DNA of 63,276 nt, counting the filler, from Octopus bimaculoides (Eukaryota), in NCBI RefSeq assembly GCF_001194135.2. It is 7 parts of 6 records of this genome, joined end to end, with 100 filler letters (N's around TTAATTAATTAA, not from the genome) between each part and the next. Parts side by side here need not be neighbours in the genome. Positions count along the whole stretch, not along the records: positions 1 to 15,845 come from NC_068986.1; positions 15,946 to 26,714 come from NC_068993.1; 5 more parts are not named here. One strand, given 5' to 3'. Made by a program: the position numbers and the translations under genes. The notes under the pieces were generated by a model. It made no database searches and was not told the origin of the DNA. It was given only the letters and a program-made list of their open reading frames with translations. Positions 15,277 to 26,559 of the stretch are shown piece after piece (the stretch's first letter is position 1; each line of letters starts with the position of its first letter).

Positions 15277-15347
15277 ACAGATAGGCACATCGACAGATAG
15301 GCACATCGACAGATAGGCACATCGACAGATAGGCACATCGACAGATA
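15277..15347. repeat. 16-bp minisatellite (ACAGATAGGCACATCG) x~4
   Basis: Directly visible perfect units adjacent to GA/GATA repeats. Confidence 0.9.
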
Positions 15348-15845
15348 TGTATTGATAATGGTGTTGAAGATGTAACAGGCACAGTCAGTAATGGTTTATC
15401 AAGGCGGGGAGGACGAGAAGAAAAGTATGGGAGAAGTATGCTACTGAGCGTGCATTCGCATACTTAAATAGATTGCACGTTACTATTAATGCTTTTGCGT
15501 ATTTGCGCATAAATCTTTAAAGAGATAAGTTACTTTATATTTATATATATCAATGAATATTACATATATTACGTCAATGAATATTACATATATTACATCA
15601 ATGAATATTACATATACACACACATTTTACATGACGAGATAGATAGATGAATAGGTAGACACACAGAGACACAGAGACAGGCAAACAGAAAGATAGATGG
15701 CATAGATATAGAGAGGGGGGAAGAGATAGGTAGATAGACAGACAGATAGATAGATTGTTAATTATCTATATGACAGAAGTTTACGAGTGTATGCGCTTGT
15801 TTTGTTTTCATATTAAAGAACATTTATATATATATATATATATAT

Positions 15846-15945
15846 NNNNNNNNNNNNNNNNNNNNNNNNNNNNNNNNNNNNNNNNNNNNTTAATTAATTA
15901 ANNNNNNNNNNNNNNNNNNNNNNNNNNNNNNNNNNNNNNNNNNNN
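15846..15945. other. Assembly gap spacer N44-TTAATTAATTAA-N44
   Basis: An identical 100-bp pattern recurs at about 26715, 30894, 40748, 55172 and 61954. The 12-mer places stops in all six frames. Artefact. Confidence 0.95.
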
Positions 15946-16096
15946 AAACTGTACAAATCCAAATATATGGTACCCTAGGCATAACACCTACATGAACTTC
16001 TAACTTGTCTCTTGAGGTCTCTGGGTGAGACTTGGATCCAACTTGTACAAATGCAAACAAAAGTCAAACATAAAATAATAATAATAATAATAATAA
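15946..16096 (+). mobile_element. LINE-like 3' UTR with (AAT)n tail
   Basis: gaggtctctgggtgagacttgg... ends directly in an AAT run. The 5' part is lost in a gap. Confidence 0.45.
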
Positions 16097-16729
16097 ATGC
16101 CCTGATGCAGTACCAGACAGTGGTTCTCATGGCTTCTTATCTTAACTGATTGGAAGTGTTATCATGTATATTGTTTTGTCTTGGTATAAAAGATGGGCTA
16201 CAGCAAATATTTTGCTCAGTACCACAAATTTGCTTGTCAGTTGCTTGATCTTAACCAGTTGAGCATGTCCCTTCGTGGCTGACAATATGTGTATCACTGA
16301 TCACGAACAGAAGTAGTGGGGGAGCATCATAGTCAGGTGTTGAGAGGAATTCTTTGGGGTTTGAATAATTCACCTTTGGAAACATGGGTACTTCGTTCGA
16401 CATCCTCAAATAACCTTTATTCAAGGACCTTTTGAGCTGGATGGGCTACTCGACCTGNNNNNNNNNNCTTCGTTCGACATCCTCAAATAACCTTTATTCA
16501 AGGACCTTTTGAGCTGGATGGGCTACTCGACCTGAAGAAAATTGTAACTGGGCCCCACCTGCAAGGTCATGCGCTGTTTATCTTGATATGAAAACACTAT
16601 GTTGCGCACATATGGCTGTGATGCATGTGCTTGGTGTACCCTTATCAGACGGGTAGTCATGATGGGTATACTGAGCTTCATATATTTTACCCCAGTGTCG
16701 CTTTGATGGCATGCACTGCTCTCTCACTC
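16097..16729. mobile_element. Non-coding interspersed repeat embedded between two (AAT)n arrays
   Basis: A higher-GC block with sharp boundaries at AAT runs on both sides and no ORF. It contains a gap-flanking duplication. Confidence 0.55.
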
Positions 16730-17239
16730 AATAATAATAATAATAATAATAATAATAATTGACCAAACATTGAAGACCGGACATTGTTGTAGTGAATTCG
16801 ATCTTTCACTATGCTACCTTTTATGTACATGACAGTTTTCGCACAAATCTTCACTGCAAGCTTTGTTTAAGTGAGAAATTATTATTTCAAAATGAAATCA
16901 GAGTGTATGAGAAATGTTAGTTTATTGCCGGCGTTATCCAGAGTCCTTAATCGTGACTATGTCTTCAAATAGGTGATTGTAATAGTGATGTACCTTGAAA
17001 TAGATAACTGAAGGAAAAGACATCAACAAAATTTGAAATAATGCGTGGTCTTTTTACCCTGCTTCTAAAAGGTTTTGCCACCACTACGTTTCATTTGTGG
17101 TGTTATTCTCTTTTCACAGTGTAATTTTCAACATTAATGTACGTTTTATATGTTTATTTGCGTATGTATAACTGCGTAAAGTTATTTACTTGTGTCAAGA
17201 TATTTATAATTTGATTTTTACATTCTCATTATACTACAG

Positions 17240-17401
17240 CCATGATTACAACAACACTTTCTACAACAGAAAAAACTACAACAAAAATAACATCAACAAT
17301 TGCTAAAGTTCTAAACACAACAACTAAAGTCACAACTAAAACAAAGCATCCGATTACAAAATCAACGACAGCAACAACTACCAGAGTGTCATCCTTTGAT
17401 G
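17240..17401 (+). CDS. Exon of WSC-domain/mucin-like gene: Thr/Ser-rich mucin-like segment
   Basis: Acceptor ctacag|CC and donor G|gtaaat define a 162-nt phase 1-1 exon. It encodes MITTTLSTTEKTTTKITSTIAKVLNTTTKVTTKTKHPITKSTTATTTRVSSFD (27 of 53 residues S/T) and splices in frame to the WSC exon at 18379. Confidence 0.8.
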
Positions 17402-17929
17402 GTAAATAACTTTTTGCTTTCTTCAATATTTCCCATCGTCTGATACTTTTAAAATTAATCTTACAAATCTGAAATAATTATTTACTTTATAAGTGTTCCT
17501 TTCACGAATTTTGCTATTATCATTCACAGCTTAATTTATTAATTCATTCAGTAATTCCACTCCGATTTGTAAGTTATAATTTTATGAGATACCAAAACCA
17601 AATACTATGGTTATTTCTTTTAAGCGTAGCATACTTATGATTTGGTAATATATAGCAAGGAATTGTATGCCATTAGATTGTAGTTTTGTGTGGTTATATA
17701 CTGTAGAGGGACCTGGGGACGCGCAATTATATACTCATGGACAGAAATATAATCTAAAATACCTAAAGAATATGAGAATATAATAATTTTTTATATTGAT
17801 ACAAATCATTAATGTTGATAAGAAGTGTAATGATTTAACTCTCTGTGAATCGAAATTTATTCGATATTGTCTCTTTGCATGGTATTTGTATCTCCGATGA
17901 GGTATAGATTATTGAATTGAAACCAATTT

Positions 17930-18003
17930 GTGCTACTAGTGCTACTAGTGCTACTAGTGCTACTAGTGCTACTAGTGCTACTAGTGCTACTAGTGCTACT
18001 AGC
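17930..18003. repeat. 9-bp minisatellite (GTGCTACTA) x8
   Basis: Directly visible perfect array in the intron. Confidence 0.95.
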
Positions 18004-18261
18004 GAAGGATCAAAGGAAAACTGACCGTCAAGTTCTAAATTTGAAATTTGGTTTTATTATCACACTGTACGGAATGAATTGTGATTTTCATACCTTTCTC
18101 ATGGGTATTAACAGTGTGAGATAAGTATTAAAATAGCATCGAGGTGTAAATCTATTGTTAGTTTCAAGTTCGTTCTTTGGTAACTTACCAGCAACTTCAG
18201 ATATAATAAAGATTTCTTACAATGAAACAGATCGAATGAAGTTAAATGACAAAAGTCGGAA

Positions 18262-18320
18262 CTAAGCACTGTCGGAACAAAGCACTGTCGAAACAAAGCA
18301 CTGTCGGAACAAAGCACTGA
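18262..18320. repeat. 16-bp minisatellite (AAGCACTGTCGGAACA) x~3.5
   Basis: Directly visible. It ends about 60 nt before the WSC1 exon. Confidence 0.9.
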
Positions 18321-18378
18321 CATCAATCACAATATACTGGAATAAATTAATGCTTTTTGATTTGTCTATTTTTACTAG

Positions 18379-18509
18379 GTGTAATTGGCTGTTACAAAGA
18401 CTCTGAAGATAGGGCGATGCCAAGTAAAGTCTGGGAAAATCAAGCAATGACAGCCAAAATCTGTCGAGTAGTATGCGGAAAATGGGGATACAAATATGCT
18501 GGTTTGGAA
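18379..18509 (+). CDS. WSC domain 1, N-terminal half exon
   Basis: tttactag|GT ... GAA|gtaagt. Encodes (G)VIGCYKDSEDRAMPSKVWENQAMTAKICRVVCGKWGYKYAGLE, matching the WSC pattern GCY.D..R......MT...C...C...GY.YAGLE. Confidence 0.92.
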
Positions 18510-18557
18510 GTAAGTAATTCATTCTAATTTATCTATAAGTTTACAGGTGCTATAGTG

Positions 18558-20111
18558 CAGGAGTGGGCAATTTACGTTCGCGAACCACATACAGCCCGCG
18601 GAAGCATTCAGCAAAATAATTTTCCAAGTCTATAATTTTCGTAAACTAATCACGGTAAACTGCTAGTACCAAAGCTAACTTGAACCGAGACTTGCTTCCT
18701 TTGTTTCACAGAAAATTAGCCGTGTGTTTTAATAGGCGGATACCTACTGCGCATGTGCCCGTTCATACACATGCGCAGTCCCTTCATACGCAACAGTTCT
18801 CTCTTTGCAACAGTAAGATCTGTAACGTTCCGACCCGTGAAAATATGGGCCCTCCTAAAAAGCGCAAAATCAAAAAAAAAAACATGATGTGCGTTCAATA
18901 AAGACTGGACGCACAAATATTTGTTCAGTAGCCCAGGGAATAAGGCAATCTGTTTACTGTCACGAGTCGGTTGCTGTATTCAAGGAATACAATTTGAAAC
19001 GACACCACCAACATGGCGCGTTTAGTAACGAAATGTCCGAGGAAGACCGCAGGAAAAAAGCTGCAGTGTGTTACGAAACTGAAGAAACGACAGACCATAT
19101 TTACAAAGCAGTCGACACTTCGGGATAATGCTACAGAGGCAAGTTTCATGGCAGCATACAAGCTCGCTAAAAGCAACAAGCCATTTTCTGATGGCGAGTT
19201 TGTTAAGCAGTGCTTGGTAGATTGCGCAAGCGTCCCGTACCCTGATGCAAGAAGCAAATTCGAAACCATTTCATTATCAAGAAGGACTATGGTGCGGCAC
19301 ATAGACTTAATTAGTAACGAATTAACAGAACAGCTAAAGTCAGCGAGTAAAAATTTTGTTTGGTTTTCGTTGGCACTGGATGAGAGCACTAATAACCAAG
19401 ACACTACACAGTTACTTATCTTTGTCCATGGAATTGATGAAGATTTTGTCATCAGAGAGGAACTACTTGGCTTGGAATCGATGAAAAATACAACCACTGG
19501 TCAGGACTTGTTTGAATGTGTTGTGGATTGTGTGGAGAAAAGTGCCTTGTCATGGAATAGAATAGCAAGCATTAAAACAGATGAGGCCAGAGCATTTACT
19601 AGAAAAAATGTGGGTATGATTAAACTTTCAGAGAACAAGTTAAAAACAGAAATATCCATGTGTGAAAATATTTGCTGTGGAAATCTTTTCTGTTTTCGGA
19701 TCCACATATATTTGTGAGCAAAGTTTTTCTTGCATGGAAATCAACAAGAGTTAAAATAAATCTTCTGTGATTGATATAAACTTGCAGGCAGTGATGAGGA
19801 TCTCAACAAAGAACCTCACTTCTAATTTCAAAAGAATTGTAAATAAGTGTGACAGGTTACATTTGTCTCATTAAATTACTTGTGCTGGCTGATTTGTAAT
19901 TTGCACATAGATAAATTTAATGAAACCTTTTCTGTGTACCACTATTGTTTTAGCTTTATTTATTACTATGACGTAATTTGTACTTCGCATTTAATGAAGT
20001 GTAATGGTAATTAATGAATACAATCAGTTATAGAAGGTGCGGCTCTCTGCAAACTACGGCTCTCTCAAAGTGCCCCCCCCTCCACCGAGCCAAAACAATT
20101 GCCCACCCCTG
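18558..20111 (+). mobile_element. hAT (Charlie/SPIN-like) DNA transposon, internally deleted
   Basis: TIRs CAGGAGTGGGCAATT / AATTGCCCACCCCTG (1 mismatch) and a perfect 8-bp TSD CTATAGTG (18550-18557, 20112-20119). The frameshifted transposase from about 18845 carries EYNLKRH, FSLALDEST..QLLIFV and TTTGQDLF, resembling GTF2IRD2/EPM2AIP1-type transposases. The C-terminal half is absent. Confidence 0.9.
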
Positions 20112-21414
20112 CTATAGTGGTATTTTATAGTGGCAGTAAAATATTGTCATCAAAGCTTTATATTCTGTAACAAATAAGAATTTGTGACATTCATTGATAT
20201 TCTCAGTGTAAGTCAAGTAAGACATTATCTACTGTAAATTACTGCCTTTTCTATGACACTCATTACATATTTCTTCACTACTCCTTTATATTCTTATTTC
20301 AAATACTGCCAAATTCAACTGTGGTATCCATCTTCCTACGTTCCAGCAATTAAATCTACTGGCTATATCTCTCTTTTCTATGTATAGTTGTTTTTTTACA
20401 ATTCGTTCAACATATCTTTAAATGATTTCAGGCATATTTCATTCCAGATTTTACAACCAATATCTGCATCGGTCTCAGAATGACTTAGACTTGAATAGTA
20501 TGTACAGCAAATTTGCATATTAGCGGCAATACCCTAGCATGATGCCAAACCATGGATTGAAACAAATAAAAGAGTATAATAAACTCAAGTAGCAATTTTC
20601 TTACATTTATATTCAATTAGCTGGGACAAATGCCTATTGTTAGGTCCCAATGAGAATGTAAGGTGGTACGGATAGTTTGGCTAATTTCATCATATTTACT
20701 AGAAATAAACATCTAGATATCCATTTCATTTAAAACGAAAAAATGTGATGAGCCCAGCAAAGCAAGAGGTGAACACCTGGTTAGAACATATCCTATATTT
20801 TGATAGATCATCAGAGGAATGCATTGAAGGCAGAAATTAAAATTAACGACAAAGAGTAAATTCATGGACAGGATATATAAACAAGTAAGATTTTAAGTCC
20901 TGAAAGTGAGATAAAATGGCATCACTCAGTAATAAAAAAAAAGAACCGACCTTTTTAGGGAGTATTTCCAAATACTAATGATCACAGGCTAATAATTCGT
21001 GCAAAGATCCAAGATTACAATGATAAAGGCGTTGTGAATGAAATTAGTTCATGCTTGTTTATGCCGCAAAAGTAATACCATTGACACAACAAGAATCCAA
21101 CTGATAGGCTCGTTTTATCGTAATAATCTTATGTCATTTATATAATAATGATTTATGTTGATATGAGTAGTTAGCTTAATCTTTGCAAGAGAAGAATGTA
21201 GAATATTAAAATCAGGGAGGTACCATAATTTTCATGGTTTTCCGAACAATTGTTTGTTTGTTAAAATAGTGCCAAGCTTTTCCTTCTGCACGTCATGAAT
21301 TATGCATTAATCCCACTCATGGAAGGGACTCAACTGTACAATCAATATCATCAATAAGTGTGTCAATATATCGTGAGAAATAACTCCTTTCAAGCAGCTC
21401 TTTGTTAATAATAA

Positions 21415-23529
21415 CACTGGTCAACAGTCAATTTTCATCAGGGATATTATATGGTGTTTTATATGTAGTTTTGTCCCTGGATTTCAAAAATGTAATCGGT
21501 TTCCTTCTATCAGGCACAGTTTTTCTGTAATTTTATGTTTTCATAATCTTTTCTTTTCATAAATTTTACTTTGTATTTAAGGTGCCAAGTCATCATCAAA
21601 TTCTACTCAGGATGTCAAGGCATTGCAAGAACAGTCCTGATATATTTTGTCATGTCTGTGGTTCATTTACCACCAAAGCTCAGCAACGTGTCATCAACGG
21701 GGATCAAGATAAGAGTTGGGCCCCGCACATCATCTGCTCAGCTTGTTCAAATGAACTAAGGGATTGGTTAAATAAGAGGAAGAGAGCAATGCCGTTTGCA
21801 ATACCTATGATATGGAGAGAGCCAAATGATCATTTCATGGGCTGTTATTTCTGCAGCGTTAATGTATGTGGGTTTACTGTAAAGACCAAGCATAAGATTG
21901 TGTATCCCAAGTTGGAATCAGCAAGAAGACCAGTACCACACAACGATGATGATCTTCCAATTCCAATACCACCAGAAAATGGCCTCCAGATGTCTGACAA
22001 AGATGTATTTCCTGAAGAAAATACTACTGCTGTGGAAGACACTGAAGTGGATGCAGATTTCACGATTGAAAATGAAGACGTACCACAGAAATTTTCTCAA
22101 GGATAGTTAAATGATTTAGTCAGAGACTTGTCATTGTCGAAGGATAAAGCTGAACTATTAGCATCTCGCATACAAGAAAAGCGTCTGCTTAAGAAAGATG
22201 TTTGTATTACTCATTTCAGGAAGAGAAATAGGGATCTGACTTCATGCTTCTCTGTTGATGGACCACTTTGTTTCAGTAATAACACTGATGAATTATTTCG
22301 CTGTTTGTTCCAAGAGCATGTTCCAGCTGAATGGCGCTTATTCATTGATTCATCTAAAAGAAGCCTCAAGGCAGTACTACTACACAACGGCAATAAGAAA
22401 CCATCCATTCCCATAGGACATTCAGTGCACATGAAGGAGTGTTATGAAAACATGCAAGTACTCCTCAATGCCATAAAGTATATAAACTACAGCTGGAAAA
22501 TCTGTGGAGACTTGAAAGTGATTGGAATGTTGATGGGAATGCAATCTGGGTTCACGAAATATTGTTGCTTTTTATGCCTGTGGAACAGTCGTGCAACTAA
22601 CAAGCACTATGTGCAATCAGAGTGGCCTTTGCGAAAATCATATGAGCCGGGAGTTTCTAGCGTCCAGAGCAAGCCACTTTTAAACCCAGAAAATGTTCTT
22701 CTTCCCTCTCTTCCCATAAAGCTTACCCTCATGAAACAATTCGTGAAGACACTTGCCCGGAAAAGCTCAAAAGGTTTTGAATATGTGAAGGCTAAATTTC
22801 CAAAAATCACCGAGGCAAAACTGAAGGAGGGCGTATTCATAGGTCCGCAGATAAAAGAACTCTTGAAGGACAACCACTTCCTCACAGCACTGGATGAGAT
22901 TGAGCTTAAAACATGGGAACCCTTCAAATGGCTCTGTGAAAATTCCTAGGCAACAAGAGATCTCTAGAGTTTAGAAATGTAGTGAAATGACTTCTAGACT
23001 CCTACGCTGCAATGGGCTGTTGGATGTCACTAAAAGTCCATTTCTTTGATTCAAATCTGGACCTTTTTGCAGAGAACCTTGGAGCAGTGTCTGATGAGCA
23101 AGGGGAACGCTTTCATCAAGATATTGCATCGATGGAACAACGATATCAAGGATTTTGGAATGCAGGAATGTTAGCTGACTACTGTTGGATGTTATACAGG
23201 GATGAACCTGAGACAAAACACCATAGAAAGTCCAAATCCCAAAGATTTTAAGTTGTTATGCATTCGAGTGTATTCTAACTTATTTGTACACAATGATTTA
23301 AATTTTGTACAATAAAAAGCCATGAAATTATCGTATCTTGTATTAATTATACCTTATATAGACATGCTTTACGTATCCTATACGTTAAGACAGCAAGTAT
23401 CATTAACATGAAAATGTGACATGATAGAGGAAATCGGACTTCAGATTCGTAATCAGCATCAAAAATTAACCCAGAAAAGTCAATCAGCAACTCTGATGAT
23501 TAAAAAAAGTTTCATTTTGTTGACCAGTG
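21415..23529 (+). mobile_element. Chapaev3-like (CMC superfamily) DNA transposon, near full length
   Basis: 12-bp perfect TIR CACTGGTCAACA / TGTTGACCAGTG and a 3-bp TSD TAA (21412-14, 23530-32). It contains a transposase pseudogene. The family assignment rests on recalled motifs and the CAC..GTG ends. Confidence 0.85.
21582..23251 (+). pseudogene. Chapaev-like transposase pseudogene
   Basis: Motifs: CKNSPDIFCHVCG, GDQDKSWAPH, WREPNDH...CYFC, RLFIDSS, ICGDLKV..GFTKYCCFLCLW, KVHF, SDEQGERFHQD. Lesions: in-frame TAG at 22104-06, a frameshift near 22947 and a TGA near 22987. Confidence 0.88.
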
Positions 23530-23872
23530 TAATCGTTCGCCCGATTATTACAGGCGCCTTGGGTCTCTCGAGATCAGGCATTCCTTATTGTAAATGATTA
23601 AGAGATATTCTTTCATTTAGTTTGTGGATGATTATTAGAAATTGGATAAAAAGAAAAAAAAAACTTCATTCGGCATTTTAAAAAATAAGTTATGTCTCAG
23701 TTTTCTTCTTTTGTTAGTTGTTACCGATTTCACATTCCTTCACTAACTTGATGGCAATATTTCAAACAAAAATCGACTCTGGCATAAAGGGACGTGACTA
23801 AATACATCATGACTGTTGTTCAGTGCTCTACTAACAGCAAATTTTAATTAAAATATTCCCGAATTCTTTCAG

Positions 23873-24008
23873 GATTCAATTTATTGCTATTGTGCTAATA
23901 ACTATAGCAAACACGGCGTCTTGGATAAGTCCAAATGTTACTCCAAATGTCCGGGTAAGCCATCCGATATATGTGGAGGCCGTTACGCACTATCCGTATA
24001 TTTTTCAG
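23873..24008 (+). CDS. WSC domain 1, C-terminal half exon
   Basis: ttctttcag|GAT ... TCA G|gtaaga. Encodes DSIYCYCANNYSKHGVLDKSKCYSKCPGKPSDICGGRYALSVYFS. Its phase 0 start matches the previous donor, and it completes the 8 WSC cysteines (CxC, C..C, CGG....SVY). Confidence 0.92.
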
Positions 24009-24087
24009 GTAAGAAATTTCGCACATATTTGTTCTTTAATAAAACCACTTAGCAATACACTACAAAAAAACACAGTCTTATACTGTT

Positions 24088-24227
24088 AACACATGCGAGC
24101 TCTGTAACACATGCGAGCTCTGTAACACATACGAGCTCTGTAACACATGCGAGCTCTGTAACACGTGCGAGCTCTAAACCATGCGAGCTCTGTAACACGT
24201 GCGAGCTCTAAACCATGCGAGCTCTGT
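24088..24227. repeat. ~18-bp minisatellite (AACACATGCGAGCTCTGT) x~8
   Basis: Directly visible. Each unit contains palindromic GAGCTC. It starts 80 nt after the WSC1 C-half exon. Confidence 0.9.
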
Positions 24228-24641
24228 AGTTAATGTAATACAGACTAAAACTCCGGGAAAACACCTACTAACTTAGTCATGATATTGAAGACAACTAAAG
24301 AAATTATCGGCTAATGACTTGACACCAAACCCACAACATAATATTCCATTCTCAGTTAAAACTATTTCACTCCATTAGTAAGTAGTGTTAGTAAAATACC
24401 AGCATTAAGACACCCATTAATCACATGCTTAGTATTCTTAATTTTTATGACGATCCGGTATGAAGAAGACGAAACAGCTGCAGAAAATAAAACATCTGCA
24501 GAGCATGAAACAGCTGCCCTCAGATATTATGAAATTCATTTTATTCTTAAACACACTTTACTAAACTATAACTTTATTAGAATTATTAAATTATATTGTC
24601 ATCATCAAGTACATTAATAATTTTTTCTTTTTAAATTTTAG

Positions 24642-24662
24642 TTCTTTTTGTAAAGAAGCAAG
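24642..24662 (+). CDS. Probable 21-nt micro-exon, linker between WSC1 and WSC2
   Basis: ttttttctttttaaattttag|TTCTTTTTGTAAAGAAGCAAG|gtaaga. Phase 1-1 and frame-preserving, giving VLFVKKQ. Confidence 0.55.
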
Positions 24663-25063
24663 GTAAGAAACTATTAATATATTTTGAATTGGTTGGATAT
24701 CTTTGTTGTTTTTAATAAGTTGTCCTTTAGCTATAGGTCATTTCTGATCCAGAAACACCTATAATCAAAGCTGTTCCGGCCATGACTAGCCGTCTTTTCT
24801 TTGGTTCCAGTCTAAATTGAACTACATTACTCTGCGTGTCCGCCTTATTTTAAGATGGAAAGCTGCGATTTTTAGGTGATTTGGCTGCTATTTCTAGCAG
24901 ATCGGGTGAAGGCATAAATAGACTTCTTCGTTGACAGTTCTTTTGTATAAATCGTTGTTTGTGCTGCCTTCTCATATGTTCTTTCGTCTTATTGTTCATA
25001 GATAAGCCGTGATTTTTATCAGCTCGTATATTATATTTAATAATCATTATCTTATCACACTAA

Positions 25064-25500
25064 GGCGGCAATCTGGCAGAAACGTTAGCACGTCTGTTCT
25101 TACGTTCTGAGTTCCAATTCTGCAGAGCTCAACTTTGCCTTTTATCCTTTCGGGGGTCGATTAAATCTTATTTACCAGTTACGCACTGGGGTCGATGTAA
25201 TCGACTTAATCCCTTTGTCTGTCCTTGTTTGTCCCCGCTATGTTTAGACCCCTGTGGGCAACAAAAAAATTAATATTTCATCACTCTAAGGCGGCGAGCT
25301 CGCAGAAACGTTAGCATTCCGGGCGAAATGCTCAGCGGTATTTCGTCTGTCTTTACGTTCTGAGTTCAAATTCCGCCGATGTCGACTTTTCCTTTCATCC
25401 ATTCGAGTCGATAAATTAAGTACCAGTTGCGTACTGTGATCGATCTAATCAACTGGCCCCCTCTCCAAAAATTTCGTGCCTTATACCTTGACTAAAAAAG
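25064..25500 (+). mobile_element. Two adjacent SINE family A copies with different tails
   Basis: Same head and body. The first ends ...ccctgtgggcaac and the second ends ...ggccccctctccaaaaatttcg...aaaaaagaat. Confidence 0.85.
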
Positions 25501-25543
25501 AATGTTTCATTACTCAAATGAATTAATTATTTTGTATAAGCAG

Positions 25544-25677
25544 ATTACATCGGCTGTTTTCATGATAAAGCCATGTCGAGGGTAATGACAAGCAGAATTT
25601 GGATGAGTGAAAATCTTACTATAAAGAATTGTCAAAATAAATGTGGCAAATGGAATTACAAATATGCTGGATTGCAG
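25544..25677 (+). CDS. WSC domain 2, N-terminal half exon
   Basis: tataagcag|AT ... CAG|gtgagt. Encodes (D)YIGCFHDKAMSRVMTSRIWMSENLTIKNCQNKCGKWNYKYAGLQ. Paralogous to the 18379 exon with the same 1-0 phases. Confidence 0.92.
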
Positions 25678-26499
25678 GTGAGTGCATTCCCTATTTTTGC
25701 AGTTTTTTCCAGACTTCTTAAATATCTGTTAATGTTTTTACACTTCTCTTGAAACTTACCACTTTAAAACATAATTAAACCCATTTTTTTATTGTTCCAT
25801 CTCATTGCTTATATAAAACTTATTACTTTGAAAATAATTTGATAGTATCGCACATACACCCTAACACATTTTATTAGAAAATCAGTCAGTTTTCAAATTG
25901 CATCAGAAATTTGCAAATAACTTCTTGTTTTAGAGTTTTAAAATTAAATAAGTTATAAAGTGACTTTAAGAAATATTCATCTGACCTCTTTAAATGAAGA
26001 TCTTTCACAGTTGGTTTCTCATCAGGGTTGTATTTTCTCCTTTCCTCATTTATCACAATTACATTGGACTGATACAGACCAGTGAATGCATCTCACATTC
26101 GTTCTCATCAATTCCTTGCATATAACATTGCTTTTTAACAGCAACATTTTATATTTTCTATTGTTCCTACACCTAGATAAAACATTGCAAACTGATTTTC
26201 AATTGGTCAACATGTTGAAATATAAATTCATATCAATTGTAAACTGACTTCATATTCTTCGATTCGCAAATCATTTTCAGAATCTTTAAAATTCATCATT
26301 AAAAAAAATCAAAGGATGATGATATAAGTATTTAAACGTTATTAACGAGTGAGATGTAAATAATTAAGAATATAACATCTGTCAATTTGTTAATAGCATT
26401 TAAGATCACCTCTTTTCTGAAATGAAAAGTCATTTGAAATAATTATTGTTAGGATTTTCTTTTATTGCAAACTTGTTTTATATATGTATGTATGTATGT

Positions 26500-26559
<60 letters not shown>

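Noticed and set aside
15890-15901. TTAATTAATTAA palindrome recurring six times
   Set aside because: Always centred in N44-12-N44 gaps. It is an assembler spacer, not biology.
17229-17426. Minus-strand Val-rich ORF listed in the track
   Set aside because: It is the antisense shadow of the plus-strand Thr-rich exon.
19013-19717. GTF2IRD2/EPM2AIP1-like host gene
   Set aside because: Bounded by TIRs and an 8-bp TSD, frameshifted and truncated. It is a transposon, not a domesticated gene.
24088-24227. Regular repeat resembling a CRISPR array
   Set aside because: Head-to-tail units without unique spacers, no cas genes, and a eukaryotic intron context.
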